A stretch of DNA of 46,997 nucleotides from a virus (taxonomy: Duplodnaviria; Caudoviricetes), in IMG/VR virus record IMGVR_UViG_3300048574_000506, positions 1 through 46,997 of that record. One strand, 5' to 3'. A model generated the notes under the pieces. It did not search any database and was not told the DNA's origin. It saw only the letters and a program-made list of their open reading frames with translations. Positions within the stretch are counted from its first letter, which is position 1. Every line of letters starts with the position of its first letter. The translations under genes were made by a program, and so were the position numbers. Shown here piece after piece: positions 26,892 through 34,906 of this stretch.

Positions 26892-27590
26892 TCACATCCT
26901 CATGAACATGTTGGGCGGCCGCTGCGGTAGTGGTAGCACCGATCCGCCGCCACCACCGATGCTCGGCTCATCGCTCGAAGTCGAGCCGCCCGAGATCGTC
27001 AGCGTGTTGCCGACGCCGCTTAGGTCCGTCGCCGTCGTCGCATCCGGCAGCAGCCACGAGCCGCGCAGGTTCGTCGTGTCAGCGGCTGGCGTGCCAGAGT
27101 CCGGCACCATCTCGAGCTCGTCCAGAATCTGCGCGCTGGTCAGGATGCGCGGCCAGTACCGCAAATACCTGTAACAGCCGATCGCGCCATCGCCCCACGG
27201 GCCTTGGTCCCCAACATAGATCGTGGTGAGATTGGTGGCTGCGAAGAATGTGCTGTCGGTCACGACCAGCGTGACCGCGCTCCCATCGTATGCATAGATC
27301 TGGACGGCCGAATCCGTCAGCGTCAGCGCCAGACCCACGTAAGTATTGGTCGACACGTTGTACGTGCCGAACGCCGACGCATTCTGCGTGTACCCGCCCT
27401 TGATCTGACCAGCCGCACCAATACGCACGACAGCGCCGCCGCCGGAGCGAGTCAGGCCAAAGATATCCCGGTCGGCTGTCGAGTCCTCTTTGCGATACAA
27501 GCCGAGCAGCGTGCCACTCGTGCTGTTTCCGAGGGCTGCGGCGCCAGTGAGGCGCGCATAGCCTGAAACGGCCGCGAACCTAAGCGACAT
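26892..27590 (-). CDS. LamG/concanavalin-A-like jelly-roll protein
   Basis: Motifs YLRYWPRILTSAQI, NLRGSWLL and DLSGVGNTLT. Confidence 0.72.
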   Translation of the reverse strand: MSLRFAAVSGYARLTGAAALGNSTSGTLLGLYRKEDSTADRDIFGLTRSGGGAVVRIGAAGQIKGGYTQNASAFGTYNVSTNTYVGLALTLTDSAVQIYAYDGSAVTLVVTDSTFFAATNLTTIYVGDQGPWGDGAIGCYRYLRYWPRILTSAQILDELEMVPDSGTPAADTTNLRGSWLLPDATTATDLSGVGNTLTISGGSTSSDEPSIGGGGGSVLPLPQRPPNMFMRM

Positions 27591-28026
27591 AGCCGAATCT
27601 CGCGAAGTCCTCGCGGTACAGCGTCGCGATCAGGTCGGCGCAGTCATCGTCGCCGACGTCGATGTCCGCCGACTCGTTCATCTGCGGCAGCGGCTCGCCA
27701 AAGTGCCGCTCGAATTCCTCCGGTAGCGTCTCGAAGCGCATCAGCAAGTCCACCGGTGCGTCGAGCCAGTACGACTGCGGCCACGTCAGCAGGTTGTCGC
27801 GATGCAGGAACTCGCGAAACGTCTTGGCGTCGCCGAGGCACGCCTTTGCGAGCGAATGCGGATTCGTCAGCGCGAGCTTGTACGCGCTCCGCGCACGCTC
27901 GGCCGGATGACGCACGACCGCCGCGCGAGGCCCCGGCACTTCCGACGCACGCTTGTGCTCGTGGTGCAACCCAAGCGCGCTCACAATGCTCGTGCTGCCG
28001 TTTCGCGGGATCAGGACGAAGTTCAT
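27580..28026 (-). CDS. Sulfotransferase family 2 protein (compact, 148 aa)
   Basis: 5'-PSB motif FVLIPRNGSTSI, 3'-PB motif VVRHPAERARSAY, plus PQSYWL, MRFETL and LYREDFARFGY. ATGA-coupled to the upstream gene. Confidence 0.82.
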   Translation of the reverse strand: MNFVLIPRNGSTSIVSALGLHHEHKRASEVPGPRAAVVRHPAERARSAYKLALTNPHSLAKACLGDAKTFREFLHRDNLLTWPQSYWLDAPVDLLMRFETLPEEFERHFGEPLPQMNESADIDVGDDDCADLIATLYREDFARFGYVA

Positions 28027-29213
28027 GGCCGGAGCAAGTACACCGATAGATTGAAGTCGGGAATCCATGCAAAGCACTTGCGTGCCGGCACGTAGAAAAA
28101 CCTCGAGTAATGGCCCGGATAAGCCGTAGCCCATGACGGCAGCGTCGGCCCGTTGTCTATCGTCTCGAAGCTGAATGCGCCCGTCGTCGGGTCGAACTTC
28201 GCAAGCCGACTGACTCCGGGCGTCGTGTGCGTGTAGAAGCACCCATCGCCACCATCTGCGATCGGGTACTCGTGCCAGCGCGTGGACTGCCTGCTGTCAG
28301 CACCGATGACCGATGCAAGGCCGCTCGACGACTGCGACGCCCACGTCATCGATCCCGGCGGGTTCGCCAGGTTCATGCGATACAGCGTGCCGTTCGCGCC
28401 GAGGCACCAGAAGCAATCCCGCGTGGTGTCAAGGATCAGGTTGCCGCGCGTCGATCCGTTCTGCTGCGCAGCCGTCGTGATCGTGCTGTACGAACTGGTC
28501 GTCCACGTCGAGTCCGTGCCAGGACGGAATGACGGGAGCGTGTTCGTCTCCGCAAAGCGCCGCGACGGAAACCACACCCTGCCGCGTGTCGGGTCGTAGT
28601 GCGCCTGCGTCCATTCCTCGTCGCCACCGCCGAGCCCGTAGTAGCTCTGGACATCGTCGGTCGTGAGCCGCGACCACGTGCAATCCTGTGTCGCGTAGTT
28701 CAGTCGGCAACGCCACGCACCAATGGCCGCAGTAACCGGATTCAGCGGGTACGACAGCATCGGCACAATCAGGTCCGACCCAACACCTACCGGTATCCGG
28801 TACGTGTGGTAGGGCGCGGGGACTGATCCGCCGGTGCCGCTGATCGCATAGTACGGCGCGCCGTCCGTCTCGGCCGGCGTCCACGCCGCACGGTGATTGT
28901 GCGGCGCCCCGTTCGTGTTCAGCAGGCACTTCCACGTGTAGTCCGCGAAGTCGAAGAGCACGCCGTCCACAGTGCCATCGTCGCTGTGGCCACCGTGCCC
29001 GAACATCGCGAACGCGCCGTGCGTCCCCCAGCCCGGCACGAAGGCCCCGCCCGAATACGGCCGGAACAGCGCCACGCCCCACTCGCCTGCGCTGTATCCG
29101 CTCGGCGGCCTTGCGTCCTGCGCAAAGTTCGTGCCGACGGCAAGCACCGTGTTCGGCGCCACCGCCGCCGCAGAGCTGACCGTGATTCTGATCGTCTTGT
29201 CAGCGTAGGCCAC
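28023..29213 (-). CDS. Beta-propeller-like protein, possibly glycan-active
   Basis: Motifs FGHGGHSD, PAPYHTY, HYDPTRGRVWF, LDTTRDCFW and FFYVPARKCF. Confidence 0.55.
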   Translation of the reverse strand: MAYADKTIRITVSSAAAVAPNTVLAVGTNFAQDARPPSGYSAGEWGVALFRPYSGGAFVPGWGTHGAFAMFGHGGHSDDGTVDGVLFDFADYTWKCLLNTNGAPHNHRAAWTPAETDGAPYYAISGTGGSVPAPYHTYRIPVGVGSDLIVPMLSYPLNPVTAAIGAWRCRLNYATQDCTWSRLTTDDVQSYYGLGGGDEEWTQAHYDPTRGRVWFPSRRFAETNTLPSFRPGTDSTWTTSSYSTITTAAQQNGSTRGNLILDTTRDCFWCLGANGTLYRMNLANPPGSMTWASQSSSGLASVIGADSRQSTRWHEYPIADGGDGCFYTHTTPGVSRLAKFDPTTGAFSFETIDNGPTLPSWATAYPGHYSRFFYVPARKCFAWIPDFNLSVYLLRP

Positions 29214-29216
29214 GGC

Positions 29217-30518
29217 TCAGACCTGCGGGCAAGCGATCGGCTGCAACGATGCAATCGGCTGATCGAATTCGTTCCACGTGTCTGCGGGCTGCGCGGCCCA
29301 CTGTGCGCCTCCGGTGTAGGGATTGAACTGCATCCACGTCCAACCGTACGGATGCCGGCTTGCCGGCGATGACCCGTTCTGCGAGCCGTCGTCGAATACC
29401 CACACGTAGTTCAGCTTCGAGAAGATGCGCGTGTAGCTCGTCTCGCCCGCGCGCGCCACGTACATCTCGATCTGCGTGTCGCGCGAGCCGTTGTTCGCCG
29501 CATCGCCGAGGGTTGTCGAGCCGTACTGATGGCCGGGCTTCAGATGCAGCATGACTGTGACCCACTCGTTCTCGGGCCACACCCAGCAGCCCGCAGGATT
29601 GTTCGCTGCGCAGGTTGCCGAGTAGCCCGGCTCTTTCAGCCCGAAACCCGGTCCGCTGCTCTGCGGGTCCTCGAGGCCCGAATTGAACAGCGCCTCGAAC
29701 GACGTGTACATCGTCGGCAGCGCGCGATTCGAGCCGATGTAGCTCGTCGAGCGCAGCACGTACTCTTGCGTCGGGTCCTGGTAGTTGCAGGTGACGTACA
29801 TCATCTTCGCGTACGGCATGCCGCTCGCGAAATGGCCCGGGCTGTAGCGGACGCGGAACTGCAGGTACAGATCGCTGCCGAGCATGACCCCTGTGCGCGC
29901 AGGCGATCCGACGGCGACCCCGTTGTAGTCGGGGTGCATGATCCCGTGCATGATCGCCGAGTTCCACATCGTCAGGCACGACGCGCCCGAGCCGACCGGC
30001 ACTCCTGGCTGGTTGATGTCGCCCGGCTGCGGCTGCAACGGTCGGCGCCACGCAATCGCGGGGCCCCCGCCTGCGACGGCGCGCTGCAAGACGGTCTGCC
30101 GCAAGCACCCATCGCCCGCGATGATTCCGCGGCCGGCCTCGAACGTCTGACCCGCCATCGGCGTTGCGGTCTGCCAACGCTCTACGTCGGTCGAGGACTG
30201 GAACCGATGCGCCCAGAGCACGCCGGGTGCGCTGGTGCGCGCAGCCCAGTCGGCCGCCGGCGTCGTGTCGTAGGCGCGGAGAACGAGATCGTTGCTGCCG
30301 AGCGCTGTCGGCGTGCCCGTCACGCGCATCGTTGCGGGGTTGTACGTGAGCCCCGGCGCGCTGCCCGACAGCAAGGCAATCGACGATTCGCCGGTCACCA
30401 GCGCAGCAACGTCGAGATCGAAAGCCTGGCCCTGAACGGCAGGCACGTCGAGGATCGCGCTACCCCCCTCCCACGCCGGCGGCGCGGCGACGGTACGACG
30501 AGAAACAAGTATCCGCAT
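29217..30518 (-). CDS. Protein with an Ig-like (He_PIG-type) domain and a jelly-roll/polysaccharide-lyase-like domain
   Basis: PGLTYNPATMRVTGTPTALG (Ig-like), then DLYLQFRVRY and WPENEWVTVMLHLKPG. Confidence 0.55.
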   Translation of the reverse strand: MRILVSRRTVAAPPAWEGGSAILDVPAVQGQAFDLDVAALVTGESSIALLSGSAPGLTYNPATMRVTGTPTALGSNDLVLRAYDTTPAADWAARTSAPGVLWAHRFQSSTDVERWQTATPMAGQTFEAGRGIIAGDGCLRQTVLQRAVAGGGPAIAWRRPLQPQPGDINQPGVPVGSGASCLTMWNSAIMHGIMHPDYNGVAVGSPARTGVMLGSDLYLQFRVRYSPGHFASGMPYAKMMYVTCNYQDPTQEYVLRSTSYIGSNRALPTMYTSFEALFNSGLEDPQSSGPGFGLKEPGYSATCAANNPAGCWVWPENEWVTVMLHLKPGHQYGSTTLGDAANNGSRDTQIEMYVARAGETSYTRIFSKLNYVWVFDDGSQNGSSPASRHPYGWTWMQFNPYTGGAQWAAQPADTWNEFDQPIASLQPIACPQV

Positions 30519-30521
30519 GCA

Positions 30522-31139
30522 TCACTGCACGGCGAGATTTGCCGGCGGATTCGGCGCAGGGCGCACCGTGATCGCGAGCTGGCGCTGCACGCCGGTGTCG
30601 GCGGTGAGGGTCTTCGAGACGACGTTCGTCGGCGCGGACTCCAGATCGTTCGAATTGACCGACTGCGCGGTGAAGTACCACGTGCCCGCCGCGAGGCCGC
30701 TGAACGTGTACGTCGTTGGCGTCGGCGCCGGCGGCGGTAGCACGTCCTGCACCTGCGTCAGCGCGGCCTGGGATGTGCCGTACCGAATCCGGATCAGCTT
30801 CGGATTGCTGTAGGCGCTGCCGTCGACGTTCTGAGTCGCGTTCGTCCAGGTCAGCACGGCCCGCGTGTCGCCCGCCCAGGTGCACGTCAGGCTGTACGTC
30901 GCGGTGCTCGTGATCGCCGGCAGCGTCTCGGTGCCCGCGGCCGCCTTTGTGCCGCTCCAGCCGTCACCGGCAACGCAACTCGTGGCCGCGGGACTGGTCG
31001 ACCAGGTGAGCTTCGGGGTCACCGACACGTCGCCGACCGTGTTCTCGGCCGAGAACGTCATCGTGGGCGGGGTCTGTGCGGGCAGATCGAACGGGGCGAG
31101 GGCCGCCGCGGCGAGCAGCAGCATCACGAGATGGCGCAT
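30522..31139 (-). CDS. Signal-peptide Ig/fibronectin-III protein; first gene of the late operon
   Basis: RBS AGGAG; signal peptide MRHLVMLLLAAAALAPFDLPA; FN3 motif YTFSGLAAGTWYFTAQSVN…ESAP. Confidence 0.78.
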   Translation of the reverse strand: MRHLVMLLLAAAALAPFDLPAQTPPTMTFSAENTVGDVSVTPKLTWSTSPAATSCVAGDGWSGTKAAAGTETLPAITSTATYSLTCTWAGDTRAVLTWTNATQNVDGSAYSNPKLIRIRYGTSQAALTQVQDVLPPPAPTPTTYTFSGLAAGTWYFTAQSVNSNDLESAPTNVVSKTLTADTGVQRQLAITVRPAPNPPANLAVQ

Positions 31140-31150
31140 CGAGGGCTCCT

Positions 31151-31180
31151 GAAGAAAAAGGCCCGCTACGTGAGCGGGCC
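31151..31180 (-). terminator. Intrinsic terminator just before the first late gene
   Basis: The minus strand reads GGCCCGCT-CACGT-AGCGGGCC-TTTTTCTTC. Confidence 0.8.
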
Positions 31181-31292
31181 GAGGTGTGCGACGGACACGG
31201 GGGTCGTTCTCCGTCGCACAGGTAGATCGGCCCCGCGGGCCGGTCGGTCGCATGCATGAAGGGAGTGCTTGAAGGCACGCCGGCGGGGGCCG

Positions 31293-31324
31293 AAAACGGC
31301 GAAGCCCGCGCGGGGCGGGCTTCG
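31293..31324 (-). terminator. tR'-like terminator/hairpin
   Basis: The minus strand reads CGAAGCCCGC-CCCGC-GCGGGCTTCG-CCGTTTT. Confidence 0.65.
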
Positions 31325-31348
31325 GTGACAGGTTCGGGATCTTGGGAA

Positions 31349-31377
31349 ATTGTGCAGAAAAGAGGCGCGGTTCTCAA
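31349..31377 (-). promoter_or_regulatory. Late promoter, pR'-like
   Basis: TTGAGA-N17-CACAAT on the minus strand; the -35 box overlaps the stop codon of the Q-like gene. Confidence 0.65.
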
Positions 31378-32249
31378 GTACCCCCCCTCGAGCCCGCGAG
31401 ACGCCGGCGCACGTGGCGGACGGCTTCCTCCTCCCATCGCTGCGGAATCAGGATCGATTCGGCGTATCGAGGGCCCCAAATGCGGTGCCAGGTGCTGGGA
31501 TGAACGTCGAGCGCGCGGGCCCGGCGCACGTCCGTCAGCAGGAAAGTTCCGTCTCCCTCGCAGATGTCACAGGCCTCGAGCGGCGTTCGATCGGCGCGCG
31601 TGAGCGCGATCGTCACCTCGCCCGTCATGCGATCGAGCCTCTTGCCATGGCCCTCCGGATAGGTCCGCGTGTGCGAATCGGTCCTTCGCGCCTTCTGAAT
31701 CCGGCGCAGACGGCGCAACTGACGCAGCTTCAGATAGCCCTTGCCGTGCGACATTCGCCCCTTCCCGAGGCATTTCGGGCACAGAACCCGCGCAGAACCC
31801 GCCGGATCAGGCTTCTTGCCGGGATACGCATCGTTGCGGCTGCGCGCGACGATCACCTCAAACAGCAGCAGCTCGCTAATTCTCGCGAGCGTCACCCGAT
31901 GTTCGCGGCGCGTAATCCAGCCGCCGGCCTCGGCCTCGGCCATGAGACGCCATTGCAGCTCATGCTCAAGCCATTCCAGACTGCTCATGTCCCCGAGGAA
32001 GGCGGCCATCCCGAACCGGAACGGCGCGTCCGCGAGTCCGCCGAGCGCCACCTTCACGTCCTCCTGCGTGAGGACAGGGTGTCCGTGCGCATCGTCGCGC
32101 GGTTTCGGCGGCAGTAGCGGCGGCATGGGCTCGCCGGGCTTTTGCACCTGACGGCGCGCCGCATCGGCCACCGCGCGCTTCGAGAGCAGTTTGCTGCCGT
32201 CGTAGAGCTTCAAGGCGCCGGCACTGAGCATCATCCAGGCGTGACTCAT
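31374..32249 (-). CDS. Late antiterminator, lambda Q-like, with zinc finger
   Basis: Motifs LTQEDVKVALG, CPKCLGKG…CDICEGDG and C-terminal HTH DVRRARALDVHPSTWHRIW. Last early gene before the late promoter. Confidence 0.75.
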   Translation of the reverse strand: MSHAWMMLSAGALKLYDGSKLLSKRAVADAARRQVQKPGEPMPPLLPPKPRDDAHGHPVLTQEDVKVALGGLADAPFRFGMAAFLGDMSSLEWLEHELQWRLMAEAEAGGWITRREHRVTLARISELLLFEVIVARSRNDAYPGKKPDPAGSARVLCPKCLGKGRMSHGKGYLKLRQLRRLRRIQKARRTDSHTRTYPEGHGKRLDRMTGEVTIALTRADRTPLEACDICEGDGTFLLTDVRRARALDVHPSTWHRIWGPRYAESILIPQRWEEEAVRHVRRRLAGSRGGT

Positions 32250-32668
32250 CAGCGCCCCCGCGCCCGGGCCAGCACGCCGCGCTCGACGACGGGCGTGCGA
32301 CTGCGCCCGAGGTACTTGCGGATCGCCTCGGCGCCATCGTCCGAAGTCTCCACGACCTGCACGAGCGCGCCCGCGTCGCGCAGTTGCTCGGCCTTCGCGG
32401 CCTGCTCGGCCGTGAGGCGCACCGCGCGCGGCTTGATCGTAAGGTACAGGCCCGGCCAGGGGGGCACCGGGATCGGCAGGTGCAACTGCGGCAGGTCGAG
32501 CACGACCCCCGTGCTCGCGAGCGTGACGGCTTCCAGCGGGGAGTGCGCCGGGCTGCCGTTGATCCGGTACAGCCAGGTAGGGAAGAGCGGCTGGCCGCGC
32601 CACTCGACGCGGCGCGCCCAGGCGATCAGGTGACGCAGTTCGTGCTGCTCGGCCGTGAGCGCCGGCAT
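32249..32668 (-). CDS. VRR-NUC-like protein with degenerate catalytic motif
   Basis: GVVLDLPQLHLP…GLYLTIK…RLTAEQ…LRDAG follows the VRR-NUC pattern GVxxGVPDL…GLYIE(L/M)K…LSxEQ. Confidence 0.65.
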   Translation of the reverse strand: MPALTAEQHELRHLIAWARRVEWRGQPLFPTWLYRINGSPAHSPLEAVTLASTGVVLDLPQLHLPIPVPPWPGLYLTIKPRAVRLTAEQAAKAEQLRDAGALVQVVETSDDGAEAIRKYLGRSRTPVVERGVLARARGR

Positions 32669-32670
32669 CT

Positions 32671-33039
32671 TCAGGACAGGCCGGGATCGGTGAACAGCGC
32701 GTAGGCGAGCAGACCCAGCACGACGATCACCATCACGATCGCGATCGCCGCCTGGGTCGCCATCTCGCGCCGCTGCAGCGGGGTCAGGATGCGCCCGCGC
32801 TCTCCCGGCCGCCAGCGCGGCAGGTCCTGCGTGCGCCCGAATCGCTGGCGCTGCGCGAGGCGGTCCCTCCACGCGCCGGCGGCCGGCGTCGAAGCCTCGT
32901 ACTCGGCGTCCTCGAGCTCGCGCTGCTGGCGCTTGAGCCGCTCGAGATCACCCTGCAGGTCGGGCCGCCCGTTCTCGGCCAGGAGCTGCGCGCGCACGCG
33001 CGGATCGAGCGTGTCGAAGTCTTCGTTCGTGACGTTCAT
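32671..33039 (-). CDS. Hypothetical protein with C-terminal TM helix
   Basis: Segment AAIAIVMVIVVLGLLAYALF; RBS GGAGG; ATGA overlap. Confidence 0.7.
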   Translation of the reverse strand: MNVTNEDFDTLDPRVRAQLLAENGRPDLQGDLERLKRQQRELEDAEYEASTPAAGAWRDRLAQRQRFGRTQDLPRWRPGERGRILTPLQRREMATQAAIAIVMVIVVLGLLAYALFTDPGLS

Positions 33040-33539
33040 GCGACCTCCCTGGATTGGCGGCGGGCGAGCGCGGCGTAGGCGATCAGCAGCGCCTCCGCCC
33101 GGTTGTGATCCTTCTGCCGCTCGAGCGCGGCGCCCGGGAAGAGCTCGCGCGCGCGCGTCAGCGAGACGAGCTTCTTCTCGCGATCACTCGCGTGCGGGCG
33201 CAAGAGGCCGAGCTGCGCCTTCCAGCTCTGCGAGGCAACGAGATACGTCGGCAGGTCGAGCGTCTGCAGAGCGGCGAGCGTGGAGCCGAGCGTCAGGCCC
33301 TTCGAGTGCGCCGCGACGCAGCCGAGCGCCGGCATCGCGTGCGTCTGCTCGATGTGCACCGTCGCGGGCTGCCCCGCGCAGGCCTCGCGCACCAGGCGCG
33401 CGAGGCGCGGTCCGTGGATCCACTTCGTGCGAAAGTGCGTCGCGACCGGCAGGTCCGCGAGCAGGATCACCTGCAGGTGCTCGTCGATCGCGGCGACGGC
33501 GCCGGTGAGGCCGCAGTCGATTCCGATGGTGAGCGTCAT
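33036..33539 (-). CDS. RuvC-like Holliday junction resolvase
   Basis: Motifs TIGIDCGLTGAVA, VHIEQ, SQSWK and DHNRAEALLIA. Confidence 0.85.
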   Translation of the reverse strand: MTLTIGIDCGLTGAVAAIDEHLQVILLADLPVATHFRTKWIHGPRLARLVREACAGQPATVHIEQTHAMPALGCVAAHSKGLTLGSTLAALQTLDLPTYLVASQSWKAQLGLLRPHASDREKKLVSLTRARELFPGAALERQKDHNRAEALLIAYAALARRQSREVA

Positions 33540-33741
33540 GCGGCAGGCGCACCCGGCGGGGGAACTCCCCCGCCGGGGCGGACCACATGTCGGGGAGATC
33601 CTGCGCGCGCAGTCTGCGGCCACCGACGAGAGCTGCAGCCACTCGTCGGGCCGGTAGCGAACCCGGACATCGCGCAGATGTTTCCGGGCCTGATGACTCG
33701 ATCCCGTGCTTGCATCACGGTTATCCCCTGGCTTGGTGTAT

Positions 33742-34341
33742 TCAGTGCGCGGCCGGCCGGTGACCGCCGCGGCCGCGCTTCTTCCCGCCGCCCTCGTCCG
33801 TCGAGGCCTCGGGCGCCTCGCCGTCGCCGAAGTTGTTGATCGGCAGATCCTGCTGCTTCGCCGCGGCCTTCTCCTCGACCACCTCGCTAAGCGTGAGCTC
33901 GACGTCGACTTCGCTGTCGAGCCGGCCGAGGAGCTTGCCGACGCACTTCTCGGCGCCCTCGGTGCAGGCGATCGAGAAGCTCATCGCGGTCAGCCCGCCG
34001 GCCATCGGCTCGAGTCGGATCTTCGAGACCTTCACGTCCTCGAGCTCGATCGGTTCGCGGTTGATGCCGAGCGTGAACGTGACCGCGCAGCCCTCGTACT
34101 TGTCGGTGTGCGCGAAGGTCTTCAGCTTGCGAAAGACGGGCTGATCGGCCTTGCCGCCGCTGCGCGTGTTGAACAGCAGCTTGTGCGCGTGCGGCTCCTC
34201 GAGCAGCTCGTTGAGTTCGTCCGCCTCGAGCATGAAACCGACGACCGGGATGTCGGCCGCGGAGACGTTGTCCTCGCCGTGCTTCTCGCGCCGGCCGTTG
34301 ATCGAGGTGCCGAGCTTCGCGGGGCGTTTGGAGAATTCCAT
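33742..34341 (-). CDS. Conserved hypothetical phage early protein
   Basis: 199 aa, motif SINGRREKHGED; RBS GGAGG. Confidence 0.75.
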   Translation of the reverse strand: MEFSKRPAKLGTSINGRREKHGEDNVSAADIPVVGFMLEADELNELLEEPHAHKLLFNTRSGGKADQPVFRKLKTFAHTDKYEGCAVTFTLGINREPIELEDVKVSKIRLEPMAGGLTAMSFSIACTEGAEKCVGKLLGRLDSEVDVELTLSEVVEEKAAAKQQDLPINNFGDGEAPEASTDEGGGKKRGRGGHRPAAH

Positions 34342-34343
34342 GC

Positions 34344-34607
34344 TCAGGCCTCCGCGTCGGGTGCGACGCCATCGAGCACGGTCAGATCGCGCAGCTCGAA
34401 GTACCGGGTCTCGACCCGCGAGGTCTCGTCGACGTACTGCACGTCGTAGCGCCAGTCGTTGTCGCGATAGCGGTACACCGCCAGGATCTCGCCCACGCGC
34501 CCGCCCGGGACGGTCACCTGATCGCCGGCGCGCAGCTTCGGCATGCGGCCGCGGTCGCGCGACGCCTTTGCAGGTGCGGTGGATTCGCTCGCGGTGTTCT
34601 CGGTCAT
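34344..34607 (-). CDS. Small SH3/KOW-like protein
   Basis: Motif LRAGDQVTVPGGRVGEI…YDVQY. Confidence 0.6.
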   Translation of the reverse strand: MTENTASESTAPAKASRDRGRMPKLRAGDQVTVPGGRVGEILAVYRYRDNDWRYDVQYVDETSRVETRYFELRDLTVLDGVAPDAEA

Positions 34608-34906
34608 AGCAATTTCCCCTGGTGATTGTCGGTTGCAGACATCTGCACGGATGGCGCCTCGGCCGGCGGTGCCGTCGGCACGAGCGGCTCGCCGTAGGTG
34701 AGCTCGAACGCCTCGGCGTAGGTGATCGGCTTGGCGTCCTTGAAACAGACCACGGCGGCGAGGCCGTGAACGAGGATGGCGGCGCGCGCGGCGGCGCGGC
34801 GCTGGGCGGTGGTCGAGACGCCGTACAAGGGCTGCACGCCGTGATCCTTTAGCCGATGCTCGAGGCGCATCTCGGCATCGAGCTGCTGCAGCTCGGGCGC
34901 GCTCAC
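34604..34906 (-). CDS. Hypothetical protein downstream of the initiator
   Basis: GTGA overlap with the initiator stop and ATGA overlap downstream. Confidence 0.6.
   Translation of the reverse strand: MSAPELQQLDAEMRLEHRLKDHGVQPLYGVSTTAQRRAAARAAILVHGLAAVVCFKDAKPITYAEAFELTYGEPLVPTAPPAEAPSVQMSATDNHQGKLL

Noticed and set aside
27580-33623. Long N-terminal extensions in the ORF track (starts at 28242, 31253, 32603, 32872, 33623)
   Set aside because: They overlap upstream genes or terminators. Downstream starts with an RBS or stop-start overlap fit better.
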